NCBI GenBank assembly: GCA_965249275.1
Contig: CBDFLQ010000006.1
Span: 256,001 to 320,000 of the forward strand
Origin: Dehalococcoidia bacterium
GTDB taxonomy: Bacteria; Chloroflexota; Dehalococcoidia; Plut-88900
Length of the DNA stretch: 64,000 nt
Direction of reading: 5' to 3'
Shown here: positions 9,151 through 18,179 of the stretch, one piece after another
How positions within the stretch are numbered: position 1 is the stretch's first letter
Layout of the letters: each line of letters begins with the position of its first letter
The notes under the pieces: model-generated
Told to the model about the DNA's origin: nothing
What the model saw: the letters and a program-made list of their open reading frames with translations, nothing else
Databases searched by the model: none
Program-made: the position numbers and the translations under genes

Positions 9151-10788
9151 ATGCCAGACCCGACCCCCTCCATCTTCAACCAAAATCTCGACCCCACCAC
9201 CGCCAATCACCAACCCCTCACCCCCCTCACCTTCCTCGAATGGTCGGCCACCGTTTACCCCGACAAGGCGGCGGTTATATACGGCGATACCGAGTTCACC
9301 TACCGGGAGTTCGCCCGACGCTGCCGACTCCTCGCCTCCGCCCTCTCAAAACGGGGCATAGGGCTCGGCGAGACCGTCGCCCTCATGGCCCCCAACACCC
9401 CCCCGATGCTCGAAGCCCATTACGGCGTCCCCATGACTGGCGCCGCTATCAACGGCATCAACATTCGCCTCGACGCCACCGCCGTCGCCTTCATCCTTGA
9501 ACACGGCGAGGCCCGGTTTCTCATAACCGACCGTGAATTCTCCCCCGTAGTCAGAGAAGCCCTCACCCAAGTCACACGCCCCATCACCGTAATTGACATC
9601 GACGACCCACTTGCCCCCTCGGGTGACCTCATAGGCGAAAAGGACTACGAATCCTTCCTTGAAGAGGGTGACGATAACTTCACCCCACACCCCGTCTCCG
9701 ACGAATGGGAGGCCATCGCGCTCAACTACACCTCCGGCACAACCGGCAACCCCAAGGGAGTCGTCTTCCACCATCGCGGCGCATTCCTTAACGCCATGGG
9801 CAACGCGATGATGTTTGGACTTGACAGGGACAGCGTGTACTTGTGGACTCTCCCCATGTTCCATTGCAACGGCTGGACTTACACCTGGGCTGTCACCGCC
9901 GTCGCCGGGACCCACGTCTGCCTCCGTAGAATTGACCCCGCAGTCATCTTCTCCCTGATCAAGGAGCGCCGCATAACCCACATGTGCGGTGCTCCGGTCG
10001 TCCTGGGCATGCTCATTCACGCCCCCGAGGAGGCCAAGCAGAAGTGGGATCATACCGTCGAGATTGCCACCGGGGGCGCTGCTCCCCCCAGCCCCGTCAT
10101 CGCCGCAATGGAGGGTATGGGCTTCCGAGTCACCCACCTCTATGGCCTCACCGAGACATATGGCCCGGCCAGCGTCTGCGCATGGCAGGACGACTGGCTC
10201 ACTATGCCCACCGACCAGAAAGCCTCCATGCTCTCCCGACAGGGCGTCCGCTACCCGACCCTCTCCTATCTCACTGTCGCCAACCCCGAGACTCTCGCCC
10301 CCGTCCCCGAGGACGGCCGGACCATCGGCGAAATCATGATGCGCGGCAACACGGTCATGAAGGGCTATCTCAAGAACCCCGGCGCCACAGATGAGGCTTT
10401 CGCTGGAGGATGGTTCCACTCGGGCGACTTGGCCGTCGTCCACCCCGACCACTACATCGAGATTAAGGACCGCTCCAAGGACATCATCATCTCCGGCGGC
10501 GAGAATATTTCCTCCCTGGAAGTCGAGGAGGTCTTGTACCGGCACCCCAAGGTCATGGAGGCAGCCGTCGTCGCCAAGCACGATGAAAAATGGGGCGAGA
10601 CCCCGTGCGCCTTCGTCACTCCCCGCCCCGACTCCCCGGACGTAACCGAGGATGAGCTAATCCGCTGGTGCCGAGATAACCTCGCTCACTTCAAGGCCCC
10701 CAGGAAGTTTGTCTTCGGCCCCTTGCCCAAGACCTCCACCGGAAAAATCCAGAAATTCGCGCTCCGTGAGCGCGCCAACACCCTCTAA
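9151..10788 (+). CDS. Acyl-CoA synthetase / AMP-binding ligase (medium-chain, DmdB-like family)
   Basis: YTSGTTGNPKG, TLPMFHCNGW, YGLTE, GWFHSGD, DRSKDIIISGGENISS, PKTSTGKIQK; SD AAGGAG before ATG 9151. Confidence 0.93.
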   Translation: MPDPTPSIFNQNLDPTTANHQPLTPLTFLEWSATVYPDKAAVIYGDTEFTYREFARRCRLLASALSKRGIGLGETVALMAPNTPPMLEAHYGVPMTGAAINGINIRLDATAVAFILEHGEARFLITDREFSPVVREALTQVTRPITVIDIDDPLAPSGDLIGEKDYESFLEEGDDNFTPHPVSDEWEAIALNYTSGTTGNPKGVVFHHRGAFLNAMGNAMMFGLDRDSVYLWTLPMFHCNGWTYTWAVTAVAGTHVCLRRIDPAVIFSLIKERRITHMCGAPVVLGMLIHAPEEAKQKWDHTVEIATGGAAPPSPVIAAMEGMGFRVTHLYGLTETYGPASVCAWQDDWLTMPTDQKASMLSRQGVRYPTLSYLTVANPETLAPVPEDGRTIGEIMMRGNTVMKGYLKNPGATDEAFAGGWFHSGDLAVVHPDHYIEIKDRSKDIIISGGENISSLEVEEVLYRHPKVMEAAVVAKHDEKWGETPCAFVTPRPDSPDVTEDELIRWCRDNLAHFKAPRKFVFGPLPKTSTGKIQKFALRERANTL

Positions 10789-10811
10789 ATAAGAGAAAGG
10801 ACCCTCTCATG

Positions 10812-10942
10812 GAGAGTCGTTTCACGAACCGCATTGGAGGGGTTGGGGCCGCTCGTGCTGAGGTTCTCGAAGTATGAGCGGGGGTGGCTGCCGTGTGACC
10901 TGGATAGTACGACATAGCCAATCTGCAGTTACGCTAGGGTTC
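10812..10942. mobile_element. MITE copy B (degenerate ends, boundaries approximate)
   Basis: Core GGGGCCGCTCGTGCTGAGGTTCTCGAAGTATGAGCGG and right-end remnant ATCTGCAGTTACGCTAGGGTTC. Confidence 0.7.
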
Positions 10943-10962
10943 AGCGAAGGAGACAACGTATA

Positions 10963-11274
10963 GTGCGCATCCCCACCGATCGTGAACCAACCCACCCAGG
11001 CGAGATGTTGCTGCAAGAGTTCCTGCTGCCACTCGGCATGACCCAGCGGGACCTCGCCACCGCGATCCGTGTACCCTATCAGCGCGTCAATGAGGTCGTC
11101 CGCAAGAGACGTGGGGTCACGCCCAGCACTGCATTACGGCTTTCAAAATTCCTCGGCACGTCTCCCGACTTCTGGATGAGCCTACAACTCCGCTGGGACC
11201 TTTACCATGCCCAACGCGCCGAAGCGGATCAGATCGAAAGCATCCGGCCTAATGAAGTGGCAACCGTCCCGTAG
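10963..11274 (+). CDS. higA: HigA family antitoxin (Xre HTH), no adjacent toxin
   Basis: THPGEMLLQEFL.PLGMTQ..LA.AI.V..QRVNEVV..RRGVTP.TALRL...GTSPDFW..LQ..WDL. Confidence 0.9.
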   Translation: MRIPTDREPTHPGEMLLQEFLLPLGMTQRDLATAIRVPYQRVNEVVRKRRGVTPSTALRLSKFLGTSPDFWMSLQLRWDLYHAQRAEADQIESIRPNEVATVP

Positions 11275-11332
11275 AGGGTTGTCAAATCTTACGCGCTCAG
11301 TCCTACTAGAGCGCATCAAGCGCTCCGAATCC

Positions 11333-11869
11333 CTACGCGCTCGAATACTCTCCCGAATCCAGGTCGAAGACGTGCTGCCGCCCCCCATCACCACCCAGGA
11401 CTATCGCCAAGGAGGACGGCTCGTCTCCCTCGGCCCATTGCCGGTGTATGTTCCGCGGCGAGTCATACCAGTAGCCCAGGTCTCCCCGCTCGACGTGATG
11501 GTCCGTGACAACCTGTAGAGATGCCTGTCCCGACTCATCGTCACTCACCCGCCTCCAGACCGTAAACCTCTCCCTGCCGGCTACCCCACACTCCAGACCC
11601 CACCGATAATGGCTATGGATTGGGGTAGGCTCTCCGGGAGGAAAGTTGGCCAGAACGAACTTGTACCGACCCTGTGGATCCACGTGAATTATCCTGCTGG
11701 GCAGCCCCGTGCTCCCCACCGACGCCTCGCCCTGCTTGGTTAGATCGCCGCCCTCCGCCACCAGTTTCTGCAACCGTGGCCCCATCTCCCAGATCGCTTC
11801 CACCGTCGGCCCCCGGTCGTCCAGAATACGGTCCACGTCCGCCACGAAATCGCTTACTTCATATCCCAT
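11333..11869 (-). CDS. Cysteine dioxygenase-like cupin
   Basis: PTPIHSH..WG, G.ERFTVW, NIH (3-His cupin). Confidence 0.7.
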   Translation of the reverse strand: MGYEVSDFVADVDRILDDRGPTVEAIWEMGPRLQKLVAEGGDLTKQGEASVGSTGLPSRIIHVDPQGRYKFVLANFPPGEPTPIHSHYRWGLECGVAGRERFTVWRRVSDDESGQASLQVVTDHHVERGDLGYWYDSPRNIHRQWAEGDEPSSLAIVLGGDGGRQHVFDLDSGEYSSA

Positions 11870-12165
11870 GTCTTCTCCCCCTCTCTTGCCTTAACAAAGT
11901 TATGTCTATAAGAGCCCGAGGCTCGCAAAATGCGGATAGTCTGTCCCAAACTAGGAGCGTAGCAATCAGTCTAGGCTCGGCCCCTGGACCCGTCAAGGAT
12001 TGGCCCGACCATTGCGAAGAGAGTATTATGGGTAAGCACTCCTGATCCGTCACGGTTTTGCTTATGGTGCAAGCTTGACCTTATGTGACATCGTGTTCGC
12101 AGGATGAGGCCCGGGCCCCGGCGGTCGCCCAGCCTCCTACGAATGAAGTCGAGGACGGGGGACAT

Positions 12166-13293
12166 ATGATCATCGGCGTGCCCAAAGAGACCAAAGACCA
12201 GGAAAACCGCGTCGCCCTGACGCCGGCCGGCGTTGCCTCTCTAACCCGCAGCTCTCACAAAGTGCTCATAGAACGCGGGGCCGGCACGGGAAGCGGCTTT
12301 TCCGACAAGGAGTATGCAGCCCAGGGCGCGACCATAGTCCGGGATGCCGAGGACATATTCTGGTCTTCGGACATGGTGGTCAAGGTAAAGGAGCCTATCG
12401 AGCCCGAGTACGAAATGCTTAGGCCGGGCGTCATCCTATTCACCTATTTGCACTTGGCCGCAGACCCTGACTTAGCCAAGTCGCTCCTCGAACATCGCGT
12501 CACCTCCCTCGCCTATGAGACCGTACAGGATGACTATCGCGGCCTTCCACTCCTCGCTCCCATGAGCGAGATTGCGGGAAGGATCTCAGTGCAGATTGGT
12601 GCCCATTTCTTGGAAAAGCAGCACGGCGGCATAGGGAAGCTTCTCGCCGGTGTGCCGGGCGTCTCGCCGGGTACCGTCACCGTTATCGGTGCCGGGATGG
12701 TCGGTTCAAACGCCGCCCTCATAGCCCTGGGCCTCGGAGCAAAGGTAATTCTTATCGACACCAACATAGGGCGGCTGCGTCAGATGGAGCAGGTACTGAG
12801 CGGCAATCTGATCACCGTTGCCGCTGGAATAGACGCCACCTCCCGAGCCGTAGCTGAAGCCGACCTCGTGATCGGCGGTGTCTTGATTCCCGGGGCCAAG
12901 GCCCCGAAGGTCGTCTCCCGGGACATGATAAGCCGCATGACGCCCGGTTCCGTCGTTATCGACGTCGCAGTCGACCAGGGCGGTTGCATTGAGACCTGTA
13001 AGCCGACAACCCACTCCGATCCAACCTTCCTGGTAGACGGCGTAGTCCACTACTGTGTAACCAACATTCCTGGCGCCGTGCCCCGTACCTCCACCGAGGC
13101 CCTCTGCAACGTTTCCTTCCCCTTCATCGAGGAAATTGCCAATCTCGGTCTGTCGGAATCTCTGGGCAGGGATCCAGTCCTTGCCAAAGGGCTCAACACC
13201 TACGAAGGCCAGGTCACAAACCGCGCCGTTGCCGACTCCCTCTCCCTCCCGTTCCAACCCCCCGAGACCCTCGGCGCGTTTTCCTCCAACTAA
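12166..13293 (+). CDS. ald: Alanine dehydrogenase
   Basis: MIIGVPKETKDQENRVALTP, KVKEP, FTYLHLA, PMSEIAGR, DVAVDQGG, HYCVTNIPGAVP. Confidence 0.96.
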   Translation: MIIGVPKETKDQENRVALTPAGVASLTRSSHKVLIERGAGTGSGFSDKEYAAQGATIVRDAEDIFWSSDMVVKVKEPIEPEYEMLRPGVILFTYLHLAADPDLAKSLLEHRVTSLAYETVQDDYRGLPLLAPMSEIAGRISVQIGAHFLEKQHGGIGKLLAGVPGVSPGTVTVIGAGMVGSNAALIALGLGAKVILIDTNIGRLRQMEQVLSGNLITVAAGIDATSRAVAEADLVIGGVLIPGAKAPKVVSRDMISRMTPGSVVIDVAVDQGGCIETCKPTTHSDPTFLVDGVVHYCVTNIPGAVPRTSTEALCNVSFPFIEEIANLGLSESLGRDPVLAKGLNTYEGQVTNRAVADSLSLPFQPPETLGAFSSN

Positions 13294-13315
13294 ATCTGAA
13301 AGGCGGTACAACCGG

Positions 13316-13501
13316 ATGGCATCCAATTCCGAATTCGAGGCTCTGGCCCGCAACGCAGGTCTCGACAAGTTTCCCGGTACCCTGGACATGATTGAGCAGG
13401 TTTATGTCAGCTACAGGCAACAGCTCAACCAACTTTATTCTGTCGATCTGGATGGTGAGGAAGTTCTGACCGCCTATCAGTACCTCTACGATTCCGACTA
13501 A
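13316..13501 (+). CDS. Small 61-aa acidic protein, probable GatC/AtzG-like amidase partner
   Basis: MASNSEFEALARNAGLDKFPG...LYSVDLDGEEVLTAY; SD-like AAGGCGG; ends 15 nt before the amidase start. Confidence 0.7.
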   Translation: MASNSEFEALARNAGLDKFPGTLDMIEQVYVSYRQQLNQLYSVDLDGEEVLTAYQYLYDSD

Positions 13502-13516
13502 GGAGCATTTTTATCC

Positions 13517-14917
13517 ATGCCATCTACAGAGCTGCATTATCTGACCATCGACGAGGCCTCTAAGCTCATCCACGACCGAGAGCTATCCTCCGTTGAGCTG
13601 ACTCAAGCCCATATCGACAGGATAGACGCGCTCAACGACACCCTCCACGCCTTTCTCACCCCCACCCCCGACCTCGCACTCCAGCAAGCCGAAAACGCCG
13701 ACCGAGAAATCGCTGCAGACAATTCCCGCGGCCCCCTTCACGGCATTCCCGTCGCCCTGAAGGATCTCTGCGACACCAAGGGAATCCGCACCACCTACGG
13801 CAGCCTTGGCTTCAACGACCGCGTCCCCGACTCCGACGCAACAGTCACCGAGCGCCTGCGTGAAGCCGGTACAACAATGCTCGGCAAGCTCACGATGAGC
13901 GAACTTGCCATGATGGGCCCGCCCAGCAACGGCCCGGAAGCCCGAAACCCCTGGAATACCGCTCACGCCCCGGCCGGTTCCAGTAGCGGCTCAGGTGTAG
14001 GCGTTTCCGCCGGCCTCTGCTTCGGCGCCCTCGGCTCCGACACCGGCGGCTCCATCCGATTCCCCGCTTCCTGGAACGGCATATCCGGCATCCTGCCCTC
14101 CAATGGAAGGGTCAGCCGGGCCGGTGTCATGCCCCTCAGTTGGACCATGGACAATATTGGCCCCATGTGCCGCACGGTCGAAGATACCGCCATCATGCTG
14201 AAGGCCATCGCCGGTGCTGACCCCCGGGACCCGACCACTTCATCGGCCCCCGTCCCGGACTACCGCTCCATGCTAACCGGAGACGTGAGAGGCCTGAAAA
14301 TCGGCGTCCTGCGCAGCTATTTTGATCGACACCCCGGCGCCGTCCAGCCGGAAACTCAAGCCGCCGTAGACAAGGCTATCCTCGATCTGGGCGAAATGGG
14401 TGCGGAGGTGGTGAACGTGGAAATCCCTCACCTGGAATACACCAGTGCCGCAGGCGCCCCAATCTACATCGCCGAGGGTTACAACATCTTTCAGAAAGAC
14501 TTCCACGACCGCCCCGACAAGTTCGGAGAGACCGTCAAGGCCTTTCTTCTCGCCGGTGCCCTCTTCACCGCAAATGACTTCATCCAGGCCCAGCGAATGC
14601 GCAGCCGTCTGAAGCGGGAAGTAGAAGAACTATTCGCCCAGGTCGACCTCATCGCTGGTCCCGCCACCCTCGGTACTGCGGTCGCCATCGCAGACTTCAA
14701 CCCGATGGATCTCCTCAACTCAGTCCGCGGCGACACGTCAGTTGTCTTCAACCTCACTGGCTGCCCCTCTATTTCCGTGCCCTGCGGCTTCAGCAGCGAC
14801 GGTCTCCCCATCGGCCTCCAACTCTCAGGCCGCTACCTCGACGAGCCCACCGTCCTAAACGCCGCCTACGCCTACCAGCAGTCCAACCCCCTCCACAAAC
14901 AACACCCACCAGTCTAA
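13517..14917 (+). CDS. Amidase signature family (GatA/AtzE-like)
   Basis: GPLHGIPVALKD, GSSSGSG, GSDTGGSIRFPA, GLPIGLQ. Confidence 0.93.
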   Translation: MPSTELHYLTIDEASKLIHDRELSSVELTQAHIDRIDALNDTLHAFLTPTPDLALQQAENADREIAADNSRGPLHGIPVALKDLCDTKGIRTTYGSLGFNDRVPDSDATVTERLREAGTTMLGKLTMSELAMMGPPSNGPEARNPWNTAHAPAGSSSGSGVGVSAGLCFGALGSDTGGSIRFPASWNGISGILPSNGRVSRAGVMPLSWTMDNIGPMCRTVEDTAIMLKAIAGADPRDPTTSSAPVPDYRSMLTGDVRGLKIGVLRSYFDRHPGAVQPETQAAVDKAILDLGEMGAEVVNVEIPHLEYTSAAGAPIYIAEGYNIFQKDFHDRPDKFGETVKAFLLAGALFTANDFIQAQRMRSRLKREVEELFAQVDLIAGPATLGTAVAIADFNPMDLLNSVRGDTSVVFNLTGCPSISVPCGFSSDGLPIGLQLSGRYLDEPTVLNAAYAYQQSNPLHKQHPPV

Positions 14918-15001
14918 ACCCTGGATGCCCCCCTCACATGGTCAACCCCAGCGGCTGCCCGACAGGCACTGGGAATAGTCCTATCCCCTCTCTCCCTTGA
15001 T

Positions 15002-15131
15002 GAGACCTTTGCATAACCTGTGTTGGGGGTGCGTGGGGCCGCTCGTGCTGAGGCTCTCGAAGTATGAGCGGGGGGTGTTAGGGCATCCGGAGGGAACAAC
15101 AGAGATGCGTCTGCAGTTACGCAAAGGTCTC
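15002..15131. mobile_element. MITE copy C (best preserved, 130 bp)
   Basis: TIRs GAGACCTTTGCATAAC/GTTACGCAAAGGTCTC (15/16); flanks TTGAT/TCGAT; inside CCCTCTCTCCC...GGAAGAGGG. Confidence 0.9.
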
Positions 15132-15233
15132 TCGATGGAAGAGGGCCAGGGCCCTAGGCTCGCTGAGGAGAGTGAGGGTGCTCCCTTTCCGTCATCCCCC
15201 CTCGAGCCGGAATCCATCCCACCCCTATAACCC

Positions 15234-15262
15234 TGTCATTCCGAGGCTCCGCGAGGAATCTA
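15234..15262 (+). repeat. REP family A copy
   Basis: TGTCATTCCGAGGCTCCGCGAGGAATCTA. Confidence 0.9.
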
Positions 15263-15360
15263 CGGCGCACTTAAGCCACTCAGCCCTTGCCAACAAGGCC
15301 AACGTCAATTAGTCATTTTTGCCTTCTCGGGAATCCATCCCTTCCAATCGCCCATGAAAC

Positions 15361-15405
15361 AAAGAAGGGCGGTGGTGCATGACACCACCGCCCTTTTCTT
15401 CTTTT
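15361..15405. terminator. Rho-independent terminator, likely bidirectional
   Basis: AAGGGCGGTGGTG/CACCACCGCCCTT stem with A- and T-rich flanks, between convergent genes. Confidence 0.8.
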
Positions 15406-15421
15406 CGATGTCTACGAACGA

Positions 15422-17686
15422 CTAGGTCCCGTTGGAACTCTTCCCCTGAATCCCCTTCAGCACTACACCCGGCGACATCGGAAGCTCCCGGAACCTCACA
15501 CCCGTCGCCTTGTGGATCGCATTCGCCAGGGCCGCGAGAGCCGGCACTATGTTCGCCTCACCCGCCCCCCTCACCCCAAACGGGTGTCCGGGGTTGGCCT
15601 TTTCGACAATCACCGGCTCTATCATCGGTATATCGAGAGCTGTGGGCATCCGATAGTCCAGCAGCGTGAAATTCGCCATCTTACCGTCGTCGCCCATGAA
15701 ATACTCTTCGCTGAGAGCCCAACCAATTCCCTGGGTGGACCCACCTTGAATCTGACCTTCCACGTAGCTCGGGTGTATCGCCTTGCCCACGTCCTGGAAG
15801 GCAGTGAACTTCAATATGGCCACTTTACCCGTCTCCGGATCCACTTCAACGTCGACAATATTCGCCGAATAAGACGCCCCTGAACCGGTCGGGCTAACGT
15901 TCCCCCGACCCACAACCGGCCCCCCTGTCTGCCCGAGCTTGGAAGCCATCTCCCTGAATGTCAATCGAAGCTCGGGGTCCGACTTGTGCCTCACCGAGCC
16001 ATCTACATACTCAACCTGCTCTTCCTCCACCTCCCACAAGATCGCCGCCCTCGAAATCATCTGCCGCCTCACGTCCATCGCCGCCTCATATGCCGCAATC
16101 CCCGTCTTGTAGGTAACTCCGCTTCCCCCTGTCGGAGAGGTGAGCCCCACTTCATCCGTATCCCCAATGCTGGGGTTCACGTCTTCTACTGGTATCCCCA
16201 AGACTTCCGCAAGTTGCTGCGAAATCGAGGCCCGCGACCCGCCAATGTCCACAGCCCCTTCTACAAGACTCACCGTCCCGTCACTCAGTACGTTGGCAAT
16301 TGCACACGCTGGACCAGTGTTGTTCCGGCAGAACCCCATGCTTATGCCGCGCCCCCGGTTCTCCCCATCCAGCGGCTCGCTGTAGTGGGGGTGGGACACC
16401 ACCGCCTCCATCACTTCCTTCGCCCCGACCACCAGGTTCTTTACTCCGTCGGCCCTCCGAGTCCCCTCCGTGGCGACATTCAACATCCGAAGTTCCATGG
16501 GTTCAATGTCCAACACTTCGGCTATCTCGTCCATCAGGTTTTCGACTGCCCAAACTACATTCGGCGCCCCCGGCGCCCTGTAGGCCGCGGTCTTGGGCTT
16601 GTTGTCCACTATGTCATAGGCATCCACCAGTAGATTGTCGATTACATAGGGCGAAAAGATCGCCGCAGCCGCAGCCGCCAGTGGGGCCCCGGGAAAGGCC
16701 CCAGCCTCGAACAGGTATGTCGCCTTTGCCGCAGTAATTCGGCCTTCTTTTGTAACTCCTAGCTTGAGCGACACCTTGCTGCCGCAGCTCGGGCCCGTGC
16801 TCTCGAACACCTCGGCCCGGCTCATGGTCATCTTTACCGGCTTTCCTGATTTCTGGGACAACACGGCGGCCACCGGCTCAAGGTAGGCGCTCAGCTTCCC
16901 CCCAAACCCCCCACCGATCTCCATGGGCACAATCTTCACCTGCGAAATCGGGAGACCGAGGATTTGGGCCACCTGCTGCTGGATGAGGAAATGCCCTTGG
17001 CTGCTGCACCATATCGTCACCCGGCCGTCCGCCGACCACGAAGCCGTAGCATTCTGTGGCTCTATGTAGCCCTGGTGCACCGACTTGTTCTTGTATTCCC
17101 GCTCAATGACCAAATCCGCCTCGGCAAACCCCTTCTCAAGGTCTCCGAAAGCGTGCTGAATATGGTCCGCCACATTCGGCCCATCAATCCCGTCCCCACT
17201 TGACCCGTTCTTCGGCCAGTGTTCGTGAAGCGCCGGGGCCTCCGTTTTCAACGCTTCCTCAATATTTGTGATCCAGGGAAGCGGCTCGTACTCTACTGCA
17301 ATCAGGGCCAGCGCCTCTTCTGCGGCCAGCGCAGTCGTTGCCGCCACCGCCGCCACCGAGTGACCTTTGTAAAGCGCCTTACCCCGAGCCAATATGTTGT
17401 CCGATACCCCTTTCGGGAATATGTTGTCCCGGCTCACGGGGCCCGGGTCTGGCAGGTCCGCAGAGGTCGCCACGGCCCGCACCTCAGGATGCGCCTCCGC
17501 CTTGGAGGTGTCTATGGAAATAATGCGGGCGTGGGGGTGGGGGCTGCGGAGCACCTTGCCGTGAAGCATTCCCGGCATTCTTATGTCGGCCCCGTACTGT
17601 GCTCTCCCGATAACCTTGTCCACGCCATCGTGCCGGATGGGACGGGTCCCGATGACCTTGTACTCCGGCTTCGCAGTAGTTGTCAT
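15422..17686 (-). CDS. Xanthine dehydrogenase family molybdopterin-binding large subunit
   Basis: LRSPHPHARI, HQGYIEP, IGGGFGGK, AYRAPG, EGQIQGG..QGIG, GVRGAGE. Confidence 0.93.
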   Translation of the reverse strand: MTTTAKPEYKVIGTRPIRHDGVDKVIGRAQYGADIRMPGMLHGKVLRSPHPHARIISIDTSKAEAHPEVRAVATSADLPDPGPVSRDNIFPKGVSDNILARGKALYKGHSVAAVAATTALAAEEALALIAVEYEPLPWITNIEEALKTEAPALHEHWPKNGSSGDGIDGPNVADHIQHAFGDLEKGFAEADLVIEREYKNKSVHQGYIEPQNATASWSADGRVTIWCSSQGHFLIQQQVAQILGLPISQVKIVPMEIGGGFGGKLSAYLEPVAAVLSQKSGKPVKMTMSRAEVFESTGPSCGSKVSLKLGVTKEGRITAAKATYLFEAGAFPGAPLAAAAAAIFSPYVIDNLLVDAYDIVDNKPKTAAYRAPGAPNVVWAVENLMDEIAEVLDIEPMELRMLNVATEGTRRADGVKNLVVGAKEVMEAVVSHPHYSEPLDGENRGRGISMGFCRNNTGPACAIANVLSDGTVSLVEGAVDIGGSRASISQQLAEVLGIPVEDVNPSIGDTDEVGLTSPTGGSGVTYKTGIAAYEAAMDVRRQMISRAAILWEVEEEQVEYVDGSVRHKSDPELRLTFREMASKLGQTGGPVVGRGNVSPTGSGASYSANIVDVEVDPETGKVAILKFTAFQDVGKAIHPSYVEGQIQGGSTQGIGWALSEEYFMGDDGKMANFTLLDYRMPTALDIPMIEPVIVEKANPGHPFGVRGAGEANIVPALAALANAIHKATGVRFRELPMSPGVVLKGIQGKSSNGT

Positions 17687-17808
17687 GTAAAAACCCTCAC
17701 TGAAAATTACGCATGTCGACCGGGTCGAAACAGCGTCACAATTCTACCACGACTCACTACCACATCCCCTCCACCATCCCACCCCCAATCCGGAGTCGAT
17801 CCAATCCC

Positions 17809-18120
17809 GTAGGGGCGACCAGCTGGTCGCCTTACCACGGTCTCTCGCGCCGTAAGGGCAAACCCTCGTGTATCCCTGGTACCGAGGGGCCGCTCACCCT
17901 GAGCGCCGTCGAAGGGTCGAGCGTGGGGACGGCCCACCACCGCAAATTCGTCGCGTCCCTAGAAGGCCCCCCCACCCCATCCCCTCTCCGTCATTCCGGC
18001 CGTCGAGAGCCGGAATCCATCCCCGGAGGCGGCCAGAGCGGGGCGTCCTGTCCCCTCTCCCTCAGATGGGAGAGGGCTAGAGCCTGCCCCGAGTCCCCCG
18101 AGGGGGTGAGGGTGATCCCA
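17809..18120 (+). repeat. Cluster of four REP types
   Basis: GTAGGGGCGACC..GGTCGCC; family B at 17890; GTCATTCCGGC..GCCGGAATCC at ~17990; CCCCTCTCCC-TCAGAT-GGGAGAGGG at ~18052. Confidence 0.8.
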
Positions 18121-18130
18121 CTTGGCCAAA

Positions 18131-18175
18131 AGTGACACGAACCCCTTGACTTGATGTGAACGTCTGTACTATATT
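18131..18175 (+). promoter_or_regulatory. sigma70-type promoter with LexA-like box (ncRNA copy 1)
   Basis: AGTGACA-N8-TTGACT (18146); -10 TACTAT or TATATT; GAACGTCTGTAC at 18158-18169 vs LexA consensus GAAC-N4-GTTC. Confidence 0.65.
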
Positions 18176-18179
18176 CACC

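Noticed and set aside
13517-14917. gatA assignment
   Set aside because: No gatB follows and GatA-specific segments (MDEFAMG, RYDG) are absent.
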